DNA from: Clostridium sp. | GTDB lineage: Bacteria; Bacillota; Clostridia; Clostridiales; Clostridiaceae | Assembly (NCBI RefSeq): GCF_022482905.1 | Contig: NZ_JAKVOI010000001.1 | Coordinates: 929,958-993,957, forward strand | DNA length: 64,000 nucleotides | Direction of reading: 5' to 3' | Shown here: positions 1 to 9,460 of the stretch, piece by piece | How the letters are laid out: each line of letters opens with the position of its first letter | How positions within the stretch are numbered: the stretch's first letter is position 1 | Position numbers and translations under genes: made by a program | Notes under the pieces: model-generated | The model's database searches: none | The model's input: only the letters and a program-made list of their open reading frames with translations | Told to the model about the DNA's origin: nothing

Positions 1-153
1 TTTTTTGAAACACATATAATTCAACCCCCAAAAAAAATACAAGTGATATAATACAATCTACAAATATATTATACCACTTGTAAAATCTATTTAAAAATAG
101 AAATTGCGGTACATTTTCAGAATAAATGTCGCAATTTCATTTGTAGTACATAT

Positions 154-1413
154 TTAAATCATTGACATTGATTTATTTGTCCTCGCTATTTCTGTATTGT
201 CATTTTTCCTGTCCGACAAGCCCGGAACTGGATTTGGTTTGGATTCGGAGCGGTAATCTTCTCCTTTTTTGCTCTGGTGCTGTTGTATCACGACATGACT
301 GGCTACCCTGGAGATATCGTGGTTAACTTTATTCTGATAGTAGAAGAATTTGTGATCTGAAGGGATATCATGGACATTCATGTAGCCTTCTTTATCTGCA
401 GTTAGATCAATTTGACTTGCGAGTATGTTTCTCACATAGTCTCTGGTATCGTGAAATTTTAGCAATTCAGGAAAATTACCTGGTACAATCTGTTTCCATT
501 GTTTGTTTTCATATTTTAAAAGAAGCTCAGCGGCTTTGTGAAGATGGGATATTTCCTGATTTAGATGCAACTCCCAGACTGATTTTATATTCTGATCAAT
601 TTCATCCTCATAGAACGAATAATACAGGTAACATTCCATATATTCATGAAGTAAAAGACTTTCAAGCCATGTGCAGTTTGGATCTATGAGTGATCCGTAC
701 TGGCTTACGTGCTGCTCTTCTATCATGCCGATTTCCTGATAGAGCTGGCGCCCCAGATCATTGTAGTATGTATTTCCGAGATTCATATAGAAATTCATGG
801 TCTGCTGTTCGCCTGCAGTAATGATCATGGTGCTTAATTTGGTACGTATATCTGCTGTTTTAAAGTCAATGAATCGTTTTGCTTCTTCTTCGGGATAGCG
901 GTGCTCTGCTATAGTCGGGCGTCCCGGTGTAATATCCACATATTTTTTTACGAGATTTTCTGAAGGGATATTTTCATCTAGATCCAATAGGTTTGAATAG
1001 CGGTAAAGATGGTCGAAATCTTCAAGCAGTGCAAAATCAAGTGCCTGTTTTACGTAGGGGTCAGGTTCCTTTTGAGCAAGCCATGCAGTAAGATCTACGG
1101 CAACGTGTTCATATCCTATAGTTGTTTCAAGCTGTGTCTCATCCAGAGGTTTCAACCAGTTGATATGCTTTTGCTGCTGCTGTTCAACACGGCGCATTAC
1201 GGCAAGCTCACGTCTGAGATCATTGTTATTGCAGTGACGGTGGAATTGATGGGAAAAAATAGCTGCTTCCACTTCAATGCCATTCATCAGTATAATACGA
1301 ACCTTTGTGTAAGGATCAACGGTTTGTTTGGAATATGGTTTTGGATACATGGTCTGCCAGTCCATGATAGTATCTTCGATAGGCATCGGTTTTTGGTCGA
1401 ATGGGTTGAACAT
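154..1413 (-). CDS. conserved hypothetical protein, ferritin-like / di-iron-carboxylate-type helical protein (family not recognised)
   Basis: Long ORF. AAAGGAG lies 8 nt upstream of the ATG at 1413, so the track's GTG start at 1422 is rejected. Several E..H motifs (IEEQH, LEDFDH, VEQQQQKH) are typical of di-iron four-helix bundles. Confidence 0.55.
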   Translation of the reverse strand: MFNPFDQKPMPIEDTIMDWQTMYPKPYSKQTVDPYTKVRIILMNGIEVEAAIFSHQFHRHCNNNDLRRELAVMRRVEQQQQKHINWLKPLDETQLETTIGYEHVAVDLTAWLAQKEPDPYVKQALDFALLEDFDHLYRYSNLLDLDENIPSENLVKKYVDITPGRPTIAEHRYPEEEAKRFIDFKTADIRTKLSTMIITAGEQQTMNFYMNLGNTYYNDLGRQLYQEIGMIEEQHVSQYGSLIDPNCTWLESLLLHEYMECYLYYSFYEDEIDQNIKSVWELHLNQEISHLHKAAELLLKYENKQWKQIVPGNFPELLKFHDTRDYVRNILASQIDLTADKEGYMNVHDIPSDHKFFYYQNKVNHDISRVASHVVIQQHQSKKGEDYRSESKPNPVPGLSDRKNDNTEIARTNKSMSMI

Positions 1414-1538
1414 TATTATCACTCCTTTAAGTTGTTTTCTATATAAAGTATTATGTTCCCTGAACTATAAAAATATGTATATATTTTTATTTATTTGACT
1501 GGCAGCTATTAAAAATTTACATTGTAAAAAAGTTACTT

Positions 1539-1582
1539 GAAATTTTTGAATGATACAGTTAAGTATCCATTTCAAAAATTTC
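1539..1582 (-). terminator. perfect 12-bp inverted repeat (GAAATTTTTGAA / TTCAAAAATTTC) downstream of the dapB-like gene
   Basis: Arms at 1539-1550 and 1571-1582, read directly. The T-run on the minus strand is a few nt away from the stem, so this is only a moderate intrinsic terminator. Confidence 0.4.
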
Positions 1583-1593
1583 AATTTCCTATT

Positions 1594-2409
1594 TTAGCAT
1601 AGTGCCCTATCTAATGAGTCAATGTATCCATACAAAACCCTTTTAAGATCTAATATATCTTTCATTTCATAGTATCCTGGTTTTTTATAAATATAATTTA
1701 TTGCATTGATAGCCCCTGAAGCAAAGGCTTTTCTTGAAAATGATTCATGACTTATTTTTATTTGATCATTGTCACCGGTTATTAGGATTTCATGTTTGCC
1801 TACAATATTACCAGTTCGTATGGCGTTGACAGGTATATCTTTATTGAATACTCCAGATGATTGAAGTCCGCTTTTTATTTCCTGAGAAAGTTTTAGAGCA
1901 GTTCCTGAAGGAATATCATGTTTGTTCTTATGATGTATCTCTAAAATTTGAAAGTCATAATTGTTTAATACGGTTGTAGCAATATTGGCAAGCAGCATCA
2001 TCACGTTTACACCTAAAGTAATATTTGGAGCATATACTATACCTGTATTGAATTTGTAACTCATACTTTGGAGCTTGTCAATATCTTCTTTAGAAAATCC
2101 TGTTGTACCTATGACCATATTTATTTTCATCTCTGATAAGGTCAAAGCGTTTTCCATGGTTGCTGAAGGAGTTGAGAAATCTACGGCTATATCAGGCTTA
2201 GTTTTAAAAATAATGGATTCAAGTTCCCTAGAAGTTGAAATTTTTACTTCCGATTTATTATTTCCAAGCAAATCTCCCAAACTCATTCCATTTTTTTTAC
2301 TTTCAGGACTGCAGATTGCGGATACAATTTCCATATTATCCTGCTTTAGAATTTCATCGGCTATATGTCTGCCTGTTTTCCCAATTCCTATCAATGCTAC
2401 TTTAATCAT
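1594..2409 (-). CDS. dapB: 4-hydroxy-tetrahydrodipicolinate reductase (DapB) family protein
   Basis: N-terminal Rossmann motif IKVALIGIGKTGR and the EIHHKNKHDIPSGTA motif, which matches the DapB E-x-HH-x-K-x-D-x-PSGTA signature. Length is 271 aa. Confidence 0.8.
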   Translation of the reverse strand: MIKVALIGIGKTGRHIADEILKQDNMEIVSAICSPESKKNGMSLGDLLGNNKSEVKISTSRELESIIFKTKPDIAVDFSTPSATMENALTLSEMKINMVIGTTGFSKEDIDKLQSMSYKFNTGIVYAPNITLGVNVMMLLANIATTVLNNYDFQILEIHHKNKHDIPSGTALKLSQEIKSGLQSSGVFNKDIPVNAIRTGNIVGKHEILITGDNDQIKISHESFSRKAFASGAINAINYIYKKPGYYEMKDILDLKRVLYGYIDSLDRALC

Positions 2410-2592
2410 ACAATTACCCCCTTGGTATTATAAAATTTAATATTAACAACTTAATTATATCATATAAGTTGTTAATTGTCATTATAAGTATAATTCAAAT
2501 TATTATTTACATAGTATATAGAATAATCTATACTGATTATGATTTAATAAAAATAATATTTTAAATATATTGAAGGGAGATTTATTTAAAAA

Positions 2593-3219
2593 ATGTCATC
2601 AAAATATATGACTAAACCCATATATCAGAAGATTGCAATTGATATAGCAAATAGAATAGCAACAGGAGATTTTTCCGTAGGGGATAAACTTTATGGACGA
2701 TCATCTCTTGCCGGTCATTATAATGTTTCTCCTGAGACAATCAGAAGGGCAATTATTCTTTTAAATGATATGAATATAGTGGAAGTAGTAAAGGGAAGCG
2801 GAATTATTATTAAATCCGTAGAAAATTGTTTAAAGTTTATAGAAAAATTTAAAGAAATAAGATCAATAACTTCAATGAAAAAAGAAATACTGGATATATT
2901 GGATCAGAAGAATATACTTGAAAAAAAAGTTGAAGTGAAAATTAACGAACTTATAGATTATTCAAATAGATTTGCAAGGACAAATCCTTTTGTACCTTTT
3001 GAATTTCAAATATATGCCGGACTTAATATTGTTGGAAAAACTATTTGTGAGAGCAAATTTTGGCAAAATACAAATGCAACTATAATAGCTATAAGAAGGA
3101 AAGAAAAATTGATAATTTCTCCCGGACCCTATGCTACATTTGAGGAAGAAGACACCTTTATAGCAGTAGGCGAAGAGGAGAGTTACGATAAAATTAAGAA
3201 GTTTATTTATAATGTATAG
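2593..3219 (+). CDS. GntR-family transcriptional regulator fused to a TrkA-C (RCK_C)-like ligand domain
   Basis: N-terminal winged HTH (LYGRSSLAGHYNVSPETIRRAIILLNDMNIVEVVKGSG). The C-terminal half resembles TrkA-C (IVGKTICES...ATIIAIRRKEKLIISPGPYATFEEEDTFIAVGEEE). Confidence 0.75.
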   Translation: MSSKYMTKPIYQKIAIDIANRIATGDFSVGDKLYGRSSLAGHYNVSPETIRRAIILLNDMNIVEVVKGSGIIIKSVENCLKFIEKFKEIRSITSMKKEILDILDQKNILEKKVEVKINELIDYSNRFARTNPFVPFEFQIYAGLNIVGKTICESKFWQNTNATIIAIRRKEKLIISPGPYATFEEEDTFIAVGEEESYDKIKKFIYNV

Positions 3220-3228
3220 CAAATGCAT

Positions 3229-3270
3229 GCCAAAGTCATATTTTTTTGCATAAAAAAATATGACTTTGGC
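3229..3270. terminator. 19-bp perfect hairpin after the GntR gene
   Basis: GCCAAAGTCATATTTTTTT (3229-3247), loop GCAT, AAAAAAATATGACTTTGGC (3252-3270). The T/A runs lie inside the stem, so it could act in both directions. Confidence 0.55.
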
Positions 3271-3824
3271 AATACAATAATCCAAATGAGTATTATCATG
3301 TTGTTGAAGCCTTTTTTTTATGAAGTTATTTAAGTCTAAAATTTCAATACTTGTAATTAGGCTGAATAATTTCACAAACTAGAAAGGCAATTGTATATAT
3401 AAACTTTGGAACAAATAGATAAATATTTTATCTAATATGTTAAAATTCCTCATATAATAATTTTCAGATAATTAATATAAATACAATAAAAGAATTTATG
3501 CGATAAAATTATTCTTTTCCAATAAAATAAAAAGAAGGTATTCATGCATATTTTACTAGAAAAAGTAATGAGTGAATTATAATCCTACTAATTTATCTAT
3601 TATGAATTTATCAATAAATAGATAAAATCGATAAAAATGTATTAAAATTAGCAAAATTATATTTGAAATATGCTTGAGAGTTGCTTATAATATTAAATAA
3701 AATAATTAAAGCATACTTGCTTTGCTGTATTGCATAGATTTTATATGAATTGATTTATGCAATTCGGAATGACCCAATTGCTGCAAAAATATTTATGGAT
3801 TATATTTTAGGAGGTTTATTTGAA

Positions 3825-5234
3825 ATGAGTTTTAGAACTGAAAGTGATTCTATAGGAATTAAAGAAGTGCCGGAGGATGCTTATTATGGAGTTCAGGCTT
3901 TGAGGGCATCCGATAATTTCAATATTACAGGACTAAAAATGCACCCGGAATTTGTAAAAAGTTTAGTTCAGGTTAAAAAGGCTTCTGCAATAACAAATTG
4001 TGGAATTGGAGCATTGGACAGTAAAATTGGACATGCAATTGTAGAAGCATGCAATGAGATAATTGAAGGTAAATTTAGAGATCAATTTATACTAGACCCT
4101 GTTCAAGGTGGTGCAGGTACATCCATGAATATGAATGCAAATGAAGTTATAGCCAATATAGCTATAGAGCTTCTTGGAGGTGAAAAGGGAAATTATAATA
4201 TTGTGAATCCCAATGATCATGTCAATATGGGACAGTCTACAAATGATGTTATACCAACATCAGGTAAAATTACTACACTTAGATTGGTATCAAAAGCTAT
4301 AAGACAATTAAATGAATTGTACAGGGTATTGAAAGAAAAAAGTGAGGAATTCAAGGATGTTATAAAAATGGGAAGAACTCAACTTCAGGATGCCGTCCCA
4401 ATTACACTTGGACAGGAATTCAAGGCATACAGTGCCGTAGTAAAGAGGGATATCATAAGAATAAAAAGAGCATCCCAGGACATGCGGATATTGAATATAG
4501 GAGGTACGGCTGTTGGAACCGGAATAAATGCTGACATGGAATATATAGAGGAAATTGTCCCCAACCTGTCTGTAATTGCTGGAATAGAATTCTGTCAGGC
4601 AGACGATTTGATAGATTCCACTCAAAACCTGGATGCATTTTTAAATGTGTCTTCGGCAGTAAAAACATGTGCGGTTAATCTATCAAAGATATCCAATGAT
4701 TTAAGACTGTTGTCTTCAGGCCCGAGGACTGGAATCGGGGAAATAAACCTCCCCGCAGTACAAAATGGATCATCCATAATGCCGGGGAAAATAAATCCTG
4801 TCATACCTGAGGTGCTGAATCAAATTGCATTCAATATAATTGGAAATGATGTTACAATAACAATGGCAGTAGAAGCCGGTCAACTTGAATTGAATGCATT
4901 CGAACCTGTTATATTTTACAATTTATTTGAATCTCTTGAAACTTTAAGCAATGGGGTAGGAACGTTCACGGACAACTGTATCAGGGGAATAACCGCAAAC
5001 AAGGATAAATGCAGGCAGCTCTTAAATAATAGTGTTGGAATGATAACTGCACTTTCGCCTTACATAGGATATAAAAGAGCTGCCCAGGCTGCAAAAAAGG
5101 CTATTAATACGGGAAAATCCATAAAGGATGTAGTGCTTGAAGAGAAAATTTTAAAGGAAGAAGAATTTGAAAATTTTATAAACCCTTATGATATGATAGA
5201 ACCACGATATATTAAAAAAGCAGTTGAAAAGTAA
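3825..5234 (+). CDS. aspA: aspartate ammonia-lyase (aspartase)
   Basis: Fumarate-lyase signature GSSIMPGKINPV. The N-terminus DSIGIKEVPEDAYYGVQALRA matches the aspartase-type YYGV..LRA rather than the fumarase form. GGAGG precedes the ATG at 3825, so the track start at 3750 is rejected. Confidence 0.88.
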   Translation: MSFRTESDSIGIKEVPEDAYYGVQALRASDNFNITGLKMHPEFVKSLVQVKKASAITNCGIGALDSKIGHAIVEACNEIIEGKFRDQFILDPVQGGAGTSMNMNANEVIANIAIELLGGEKGNYNIVNPNDHVNMGQSTNDVIPTSGKITTLRLVSKAIRQLNELYRVLKEKSEEFKDVIKMGRTQLQDAVPITLGQEFKAYSAVVKRDIIRIKRASQDMRILNIGGTAVGTGINADMEYIEEIVPNLSVIAGIEFCQADDLIDSTQNLDAFLNVSSAVKTCAVNLSKISNDLRLLSSGPRTGIGEINLPAVQNGSSIMPGKINPVIPEVLNQIAFNIIGNDVTITMAVEAGQLELNAFEPVIFYNLFESLETLSNGVGTFTDNCIRGITANKDKCRQLLNNSVGMITALSPYIGYKRAAQAAKKAINTGKSIKDVVLEEKILKEEEFENFINPYDMIEPRYIKKAVEK

Positions 5235-5277
5235 TATCCAGCAAATAGTTATAAATTAAAAGATTGAGGTGTCATAA

Positions 5278-6393
5278 GTGAAACAATTGTCTATCAGACC
5301 GGAAATACACAAATTCAGTAATTGTAAAGAATTTATAGAGGAATTTAAAATTGGGAAAAGAGATCTAATAATTACAAGCAGGCATACCTATGATTCTTAT
5401 TTTTCAAAATATGAACTGGACAGCAATTTTATATTTATCAGAAATTACGGCAGCGGTGAACCGAGCGATGAGATGGTGGAAGCCATGTATGATGATATTA
5501 AAAATATTTCCTATGAAAGGGTAATTGGAATTGGCGGTGGAAGTGTACTGGATGTTTCAAAATTGTTTGCATTGCAGAAAATTTTTCCTGTAGCTGACTT
5601 GTTTGAACATAAGCTGCAGTTTATCAAGGATAAGGAGCTTTTGCTTGTTCCGACAACTTGTGGTACGGGAAGTGAGGTTACGAATATTTCGATACTGGAA
5701 TTAAAATCAAAGCATACAAAACTAGGACTTGCGGTAAATGAACTATATGCAGATTATGCTATACTTATCCCTGAACTTCTTAACGATCTTCCATTTAGGC
5801 CATTTGCTGCAAGTTCCATAGATGCACTCATACACTCTCTTGAATCCAGTTTATCTCCAAAAGCAACAAGCTTTACGAGAATGTTTTCCTATAAAGCCAT
5901 GCAAATGATATTAGAAGGATACAGGAAAATTGCAGAAAAGGGGCAGGAGGCAAGAATACCTCTTATGGAAGAGTTCCTGACTGCAAGTACCTATGCTGGT
6001 ATTGCATTTGGAAATGCAGGATGTGGAGCAGTACATGCAATGAGCTATCCTTTAGGTGCAAATTATCATGTGCCGCACGGAGAATCCAATTATCAGATGC
6101 TTGTCGGGGTTTTTAAGACCTACCAGAAATTGAATCCTGATGGTGAAATCAGAAATCTTAATAATTTTCTGGCGGGGATTTTGAGATGTGGTGAAAATGA
6201 AATATATGGCAAAATAGAAGAGCTTTTGAATGTGCTCATTCCAAAGAAAAAACTTCGTGAGTATGGTCTCCCTCAAAAAGAACTGGAAAGTTTTACAGAA
6301 TGTGTGATGACAAAGCAGGGAAGACTCATGGCAAATAACTATACTGAATTGAACAGGCAAAATGTATATAATATATATAAATCTCTATATTGA
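5278..6393 (+). CDS. 4hbD: iron-containing alcohol dehydrogenase, 4-hydroxybutyrate dehydrogenase-like
   Basis: 371 aa. Blocks GSGEPSDEM, GIGGGSVLD, VPTTCGTGSEVTN, YAGIAFGNAGCGAVHAMSYPLGANYHVPHGESNY and LREYG closely resemble my recollection of Clostridium kluyveri 4HbD. GTG start with a GAGGTG RBS. Confidence 0.7.
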   Translation: MKQLSIRPEIHKFSNCKEFIEEFKIGKRDLIITSRHTYDSYFSKYELDSNFIFIRNYGSGEPSDEMVEAMYDDIKNISYERVIGIGGGSVLDVSKLFALQKIFPVADLFEHKLQFIKDKELLLVPTTCGTGSEVTNISILELKSKHTKLGLAVNELYADYAILIPELLNDLPFRPFAASSIDALIHSLESSLSPKATSFTRMFSYKAMQMILEGYRKIAEKGQEARIPLMEEFLTASTYAGIAFGNAGCGAVHAMSYPLGANYHVPHGESNYQMLVGVFKTYQKLNPDGEIRNLNNFLAGILRCGENEIYGKIEELLNVLIPKKKLREYGLPQKELESFTECVMTKQGRLMANNYTELNRQNVYNIYKSLY

Positions 6394-6404
6394 ATATGTT
6401 GTTG

Positions 6405-6446
6405 AAAATACAGATGTTCCATTTTTCATGGAGCATCTGTATTTTT
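6405..6446. terminator. bidirectional hairpin between the convergent 4hbD-like and GNAT genes
   Basis: AAAATACAGATG (6405-6416) pairs with CATCTGTATTTT (6434-6445), with A/T runs on both sides. Confidence 0.65.
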
Positions 6447-6933
6447 AAAATTCAAGTATCATATCATACCAGGTGACTCCCCCGTGTACTGATTTGGATA
6501 TTCCCATGTTTGCATATCCAAATTTCTCATAATATTGGATAAGTCTTTTCTTGCAGGTGAGAACAAGTCCTTTTTTCCCGGAGAGTCTGGATACTTTTAT
6601 GAGATGATTCATCAAATTTGCTGCAATTCCATGATTCCTGAACTCAGGAAGGACATCAAGTCCGAAAACTGTCTGATAGGCTCCATCTGGAATATGAAGT
6701 GAAGGGTCTTCATAGAGATTGTCATTTATGACAGTTTCATTTATTATACAGCCATTTATAAAACCAACTATATTTTTATCTTTTTCTGCTACAAAAAAGC
6801 TTTCCGGAAATATTTTTATACGCTGTTTCAATGATTCTTTTGTGGCAGCTTCTGCCTCTGGGAAGCATCTGGCTTCAATTTTCGCAACTGCAGCCAGATC
6901 TTCATTTTTTACTTGCCTGATTGTGATGTCCAT
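6445..6933 (-). CDS. GNAT-family N-acetyltransferase
   Basis: 162 aa. Acetyl-CoA-binding region FRNHGIAANLMNHLI matches the R/Q-x-x-G-x-A/G-type motif. Confidence 0.8.
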   Translation of the reverse strand: MDITIRQVKNEDLAAVAKIEARCFPEAEAATKESLKQRIKIFPESFFVAEKDKNIVGFINGCIINETVINDNLYEDPSLHIPDGAYQTVFGLDVLPEFRNHGIAANLMNHLIKVSRLSGKKGLVLTCKKRLIQYYEKFGYANMGISKSVHGGVTWYDMILEF

Positions 6934-7004
6934 TGTTGACCTCCTTTGATATGATATTACTTAATTATACTATCATATCAAGGACAAGAAAAATATTTTT
7001 ATAA

Positions 7005-7253
7005 CTAATCGTTGATCTTTTTTATATTGTTGTCTCCATTGTCTTTATCTTTTCTGGAATGCATAAACATCATCGGCATCATTAAAATCATCATTATAGG
7101 GCATAGAAAAGGAGCTGCTGATGCAAGTATTGTTTTTAATCCAGGGGCCATTCCCAGAAAAGGCAGGGCTGCAGCCAGTATGAGCGGAACAGCACAGCAG
7201 ATAACCATTATCAGCATATGGTTTGTTTTATTGTTATTTTTATGACAATTCAT
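7005..7253 (-). CDS. small Met/Cys-rich membrane protein (DUF2933-like)
   Basis: 82 aa with two predicted TM helices and the Met-rich segment CPIMMILMMPMMFMH. GAGGAG lies upstream of the ATG at 7253. It is divergent from the two-component system. Confidence 0.5.
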   Translation of the reverse strand: MNCHKNNNKTNHMLIMVICCAVPLILAAALPFLGMAPGLKTILASAAPFLCPIMMILMMPMMFMHSRKDKDNGDNNIKKIND

Positions 7254-7384
7254 ATACATTCTCCTCATTATATAAATATTTTACTTAATAATATTATATT
7301 GTTGTGTAGATACTATGAATTTCTTCATAATATCTATACATTAATTGAATAAAATAATACTATACAAATTTGGAGGTAATATTT

Positions 7385-8773
7385 TTGCAGAGCATAAGAA
7401 AAAGATTGAGTATAATAATTATTTCCTGTTCAATTATTGCGGTTGTTTTACTGGGGATTTTGATTAATTTGACCGTTAATAGAACTTTTAATAATTATGT
7501 GGTGAATACTCAAAACCAGAGAAATAATAGGATTGTAGATTATTTTCAGCAAATATACGAAAGAGACAGAAAATGGACTGTGAATTCAGGAAAGGAAATG
7601 ATGCATGAAGCCTATATGAGCAATTATTGCCTGATTCTTTTGGATGGTGATAAAAATGTAGTATGGGGTATGAATCCAGATGATATAAAAGATAACTCCC
7701 ATATGATGATGCAGAAGGTCTACAACAACCAGGGCATCTACAGATCAAAGTCATTTGAAATCAAATATGATAAGAAAGTTGTAGGCTATGTAGTGATCGG
7801 GCAGTATTTTCCAATACTTTTAACGCAGCAGGATGTAAATTTTAAAATGTCCATAAATAGAAATATAATAATAAGTATCATTATAGCAATGATTATATCA
7901 GTTATAATGAGCATAATTATATCAAGACAATTTTCAGAGCCAATTAAGTCGGTTTCAAATACATCCGTAAAACTGTCAAGTGGCGATTATAATTCAAAAT
8001 CGGATATAAAAAGCAATATAAGGGAACTCAATGATTTAACCCAAAGTATAAATATACTGGGAGAAAAATTGAAAGAACAGGATCAGCTCAGGAAAAGGCT
8101 TGTTTCTGATATTTCCCATGAAATAAGGACTCCGCTTAATGTTCTTCAAAACAATCTGGAGGCAATGATTGATGGAATATTCCCTGTGAATGAGGAACGC
8201 CTGAATTATTTAAATGATGAAGTAATAAGGTTTGGCAAATTATTGGATAGTTTGAAGGTTTTGAAACAATTTGAAGATGAAAAATTGGCATTCAACATGA
8301 AGACAGTATTTTTGGACAGATTGATCTCGTCTGTAAGCAGTAAATTTTCGATTGGTTTCCAAAACAAGAATATCAACTTTAAGTTGAACATAGAAGAGGG
8401 AAGAGATTTTAAAATAATGGGAGATGAAGATAAACTGAAACAGGTTTTTATAAATTTGCTTGCCAATGCCATAAAATTTACAGGAGATGGTGGAAATATA
8501 AGCATCGATTTATATGAAGTAAAAAATAAAATTATAGCAAGAGTCAAGGATAATGGTATAGGTATAAAAAAGGAAGATATGCCATATATTTTTGAAAGAC
8601 TGTATAGAGGTGACAAGAGCAGGAATAAAATAGAAGGTACCGGCATAGGACTGACCATTGTAAAGAGAATACTCGATTTACATTCAGCATACGTTGATGT
8701 GGAGAGTGTTTTTGGTAAAGGTACATCATTTACATTATACTTTAACAGGAGTAGGAGAATATTCAATGAATAA
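7385..8773 (+). CDS. sensor histidine kinase (2 TM, HAMP, HisKA, HATPase_c)
   Basis: H-box SHEIRTPLN, N-box LANAIKFT, G-boxes DNGIGI and GTGIGLTIV. Probable TTG start at 7385, 8 nt after GGAGG. The exact start is uncertain; the track gives 7370. Confidence 0.8.
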   Translation: MQSIRKRLSIIIISCSIIAVVLLGILINLTVNRTFNNYVVNTQNQRNNRIVDYFQQIYERDRKWTVNSGKEMMHEAYMSNYCLILLDGDKNVVWGMNPDDIKDNSHMMMQKVYNNQGIYRSKSFEIKYDKKVVGYVVIGQYFPILLTQQDVNFKMSINRNIIISIIIAMIISVIMSIIISRQFSEPIKSVSNTSVKLSSGDYNSKSDIKSNIRELNDLTQSINILGEKLKEQDQLRKRLVSDISHEIRTPLNVLQNNLEAMIDGIFPVNEERLNYLNDEVIRFGKLLDSLKVLKQFEDEKLAFNMKTVFLDRLISSVSSKFSIGFQNKNINFKLNIEEGRDFKIMGDEDKLKQVFINLLANAIKFTGDGGNISIDLYEVKNKIIARVKDNGIGIKKEDMPYIFERLYRGDKSRNKIEGTGIGLTIVKRILDLHSAYVDVESVFGKGTSFTLYFNRSRRIFNE

Positions 8774-9455
8774 TATATTAATAATTGAGGACGAATTGAA
8801 AGTGTCGGAAATAATCAAAGCCTATCTTGAAAGAGAGGGATATAATGTATTCTGTGCAGCTGGTGGATATGATGGACTCAGTTTGTTTAATAAAAAAGAT
8901 TTTCAACTTGTTATATTGGACCTGATGCTTCCTGACATTGATGGTGAAGATGTATGCAGGATTATGAGGGAGACATCGAAGGTGCATATATTCATGCTTA
9001 CTGCGAAGGTGGAGTTAAGCGACAAAATTCAAGGACTTAATATTGGTGCAGATGAATATCTTACCAAGCCGTTGAGTCCCCGGGAGCTTACGGCACGGGT
9101 GAATGCGTTGTTTAGAAGAATAAATTCCGACAAATCGGAAATATTTTCTTATGATAATGGAAAGTTTAAAATTGACAGAGAAAGAAGAAGAGTAGAGGTA
9201 AACGGCAAGGACATAGTTTTGACTCCAAATGAATTTGATATCTTATATGCACTTGCTTCAAACAAGGGCAAAGTTCTGTCAAGAGAACAGCTCATTCAAA
9301 ATGTATATGGCATTGATTTTGATGGATCGGATAGAACTGTGGATGCACACATTAAAAATTTGAGGAAGAAAATAGAAAATAGCAGCAAAACGCCAAAATA
9401 CATAATTACTGTTGTTAAATTAGGCTATAGATTTGGTGTTGAAAGGGATTATTGA
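8766..9455 (+). CDS. OmpR/PhoB-family response regulator
   Basis: Receiver domain (ILIIEDE...VILDLMLPDIDG...LTAK) plus a winged-helix C-terminus (LTPNEFDILYAL...VGYRF). The ATG at 8766 overlaps the kinase stop (ATGAATAA). Confidence 0.9.
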   Translation: MNNILIIEDELKVSEIIKAYLEREGYNVFCAAGGYDGLSLFNKKDFQLVILDLMLPDIDGEDVCRIMRETSKVHIFMLTAKVELSDKIQGLNIGADEYLTKPLSPRELTARVNALFRRINSDKSEIFSYDNGKFKIDRERRRVEVNGKDIVLTPNEFDILYALASNKGKVLSREQLIQNVYGIDFDGSDRTVDAHIKNLRKKIENSSKTPKYIITVVKLGYRFGVERDY

Positions 9456-9460
9456 CATAA

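Noticed and set aside
3544-3582. A 12-codon ORF (MHILLEKVMSEL) with a weak RBS in the aspA upstream region, as a possible leader peptide
   Set aside because: There is no associated attenuator structure and no codon bias toward a regulatory amino acid. A chance ORF is likely in AT-rich DNA.
3750-3824. N-terminal extensions given by the ORF track for several genes (starts at 3750, 8694, 34489, 37861, 20039, 1422 and 7268)
   Set aside because: In each case an internal ATG, GTG or TTG with a properly spaced GGAGG-like RBS matches the conserved N-terminus of the protein family.
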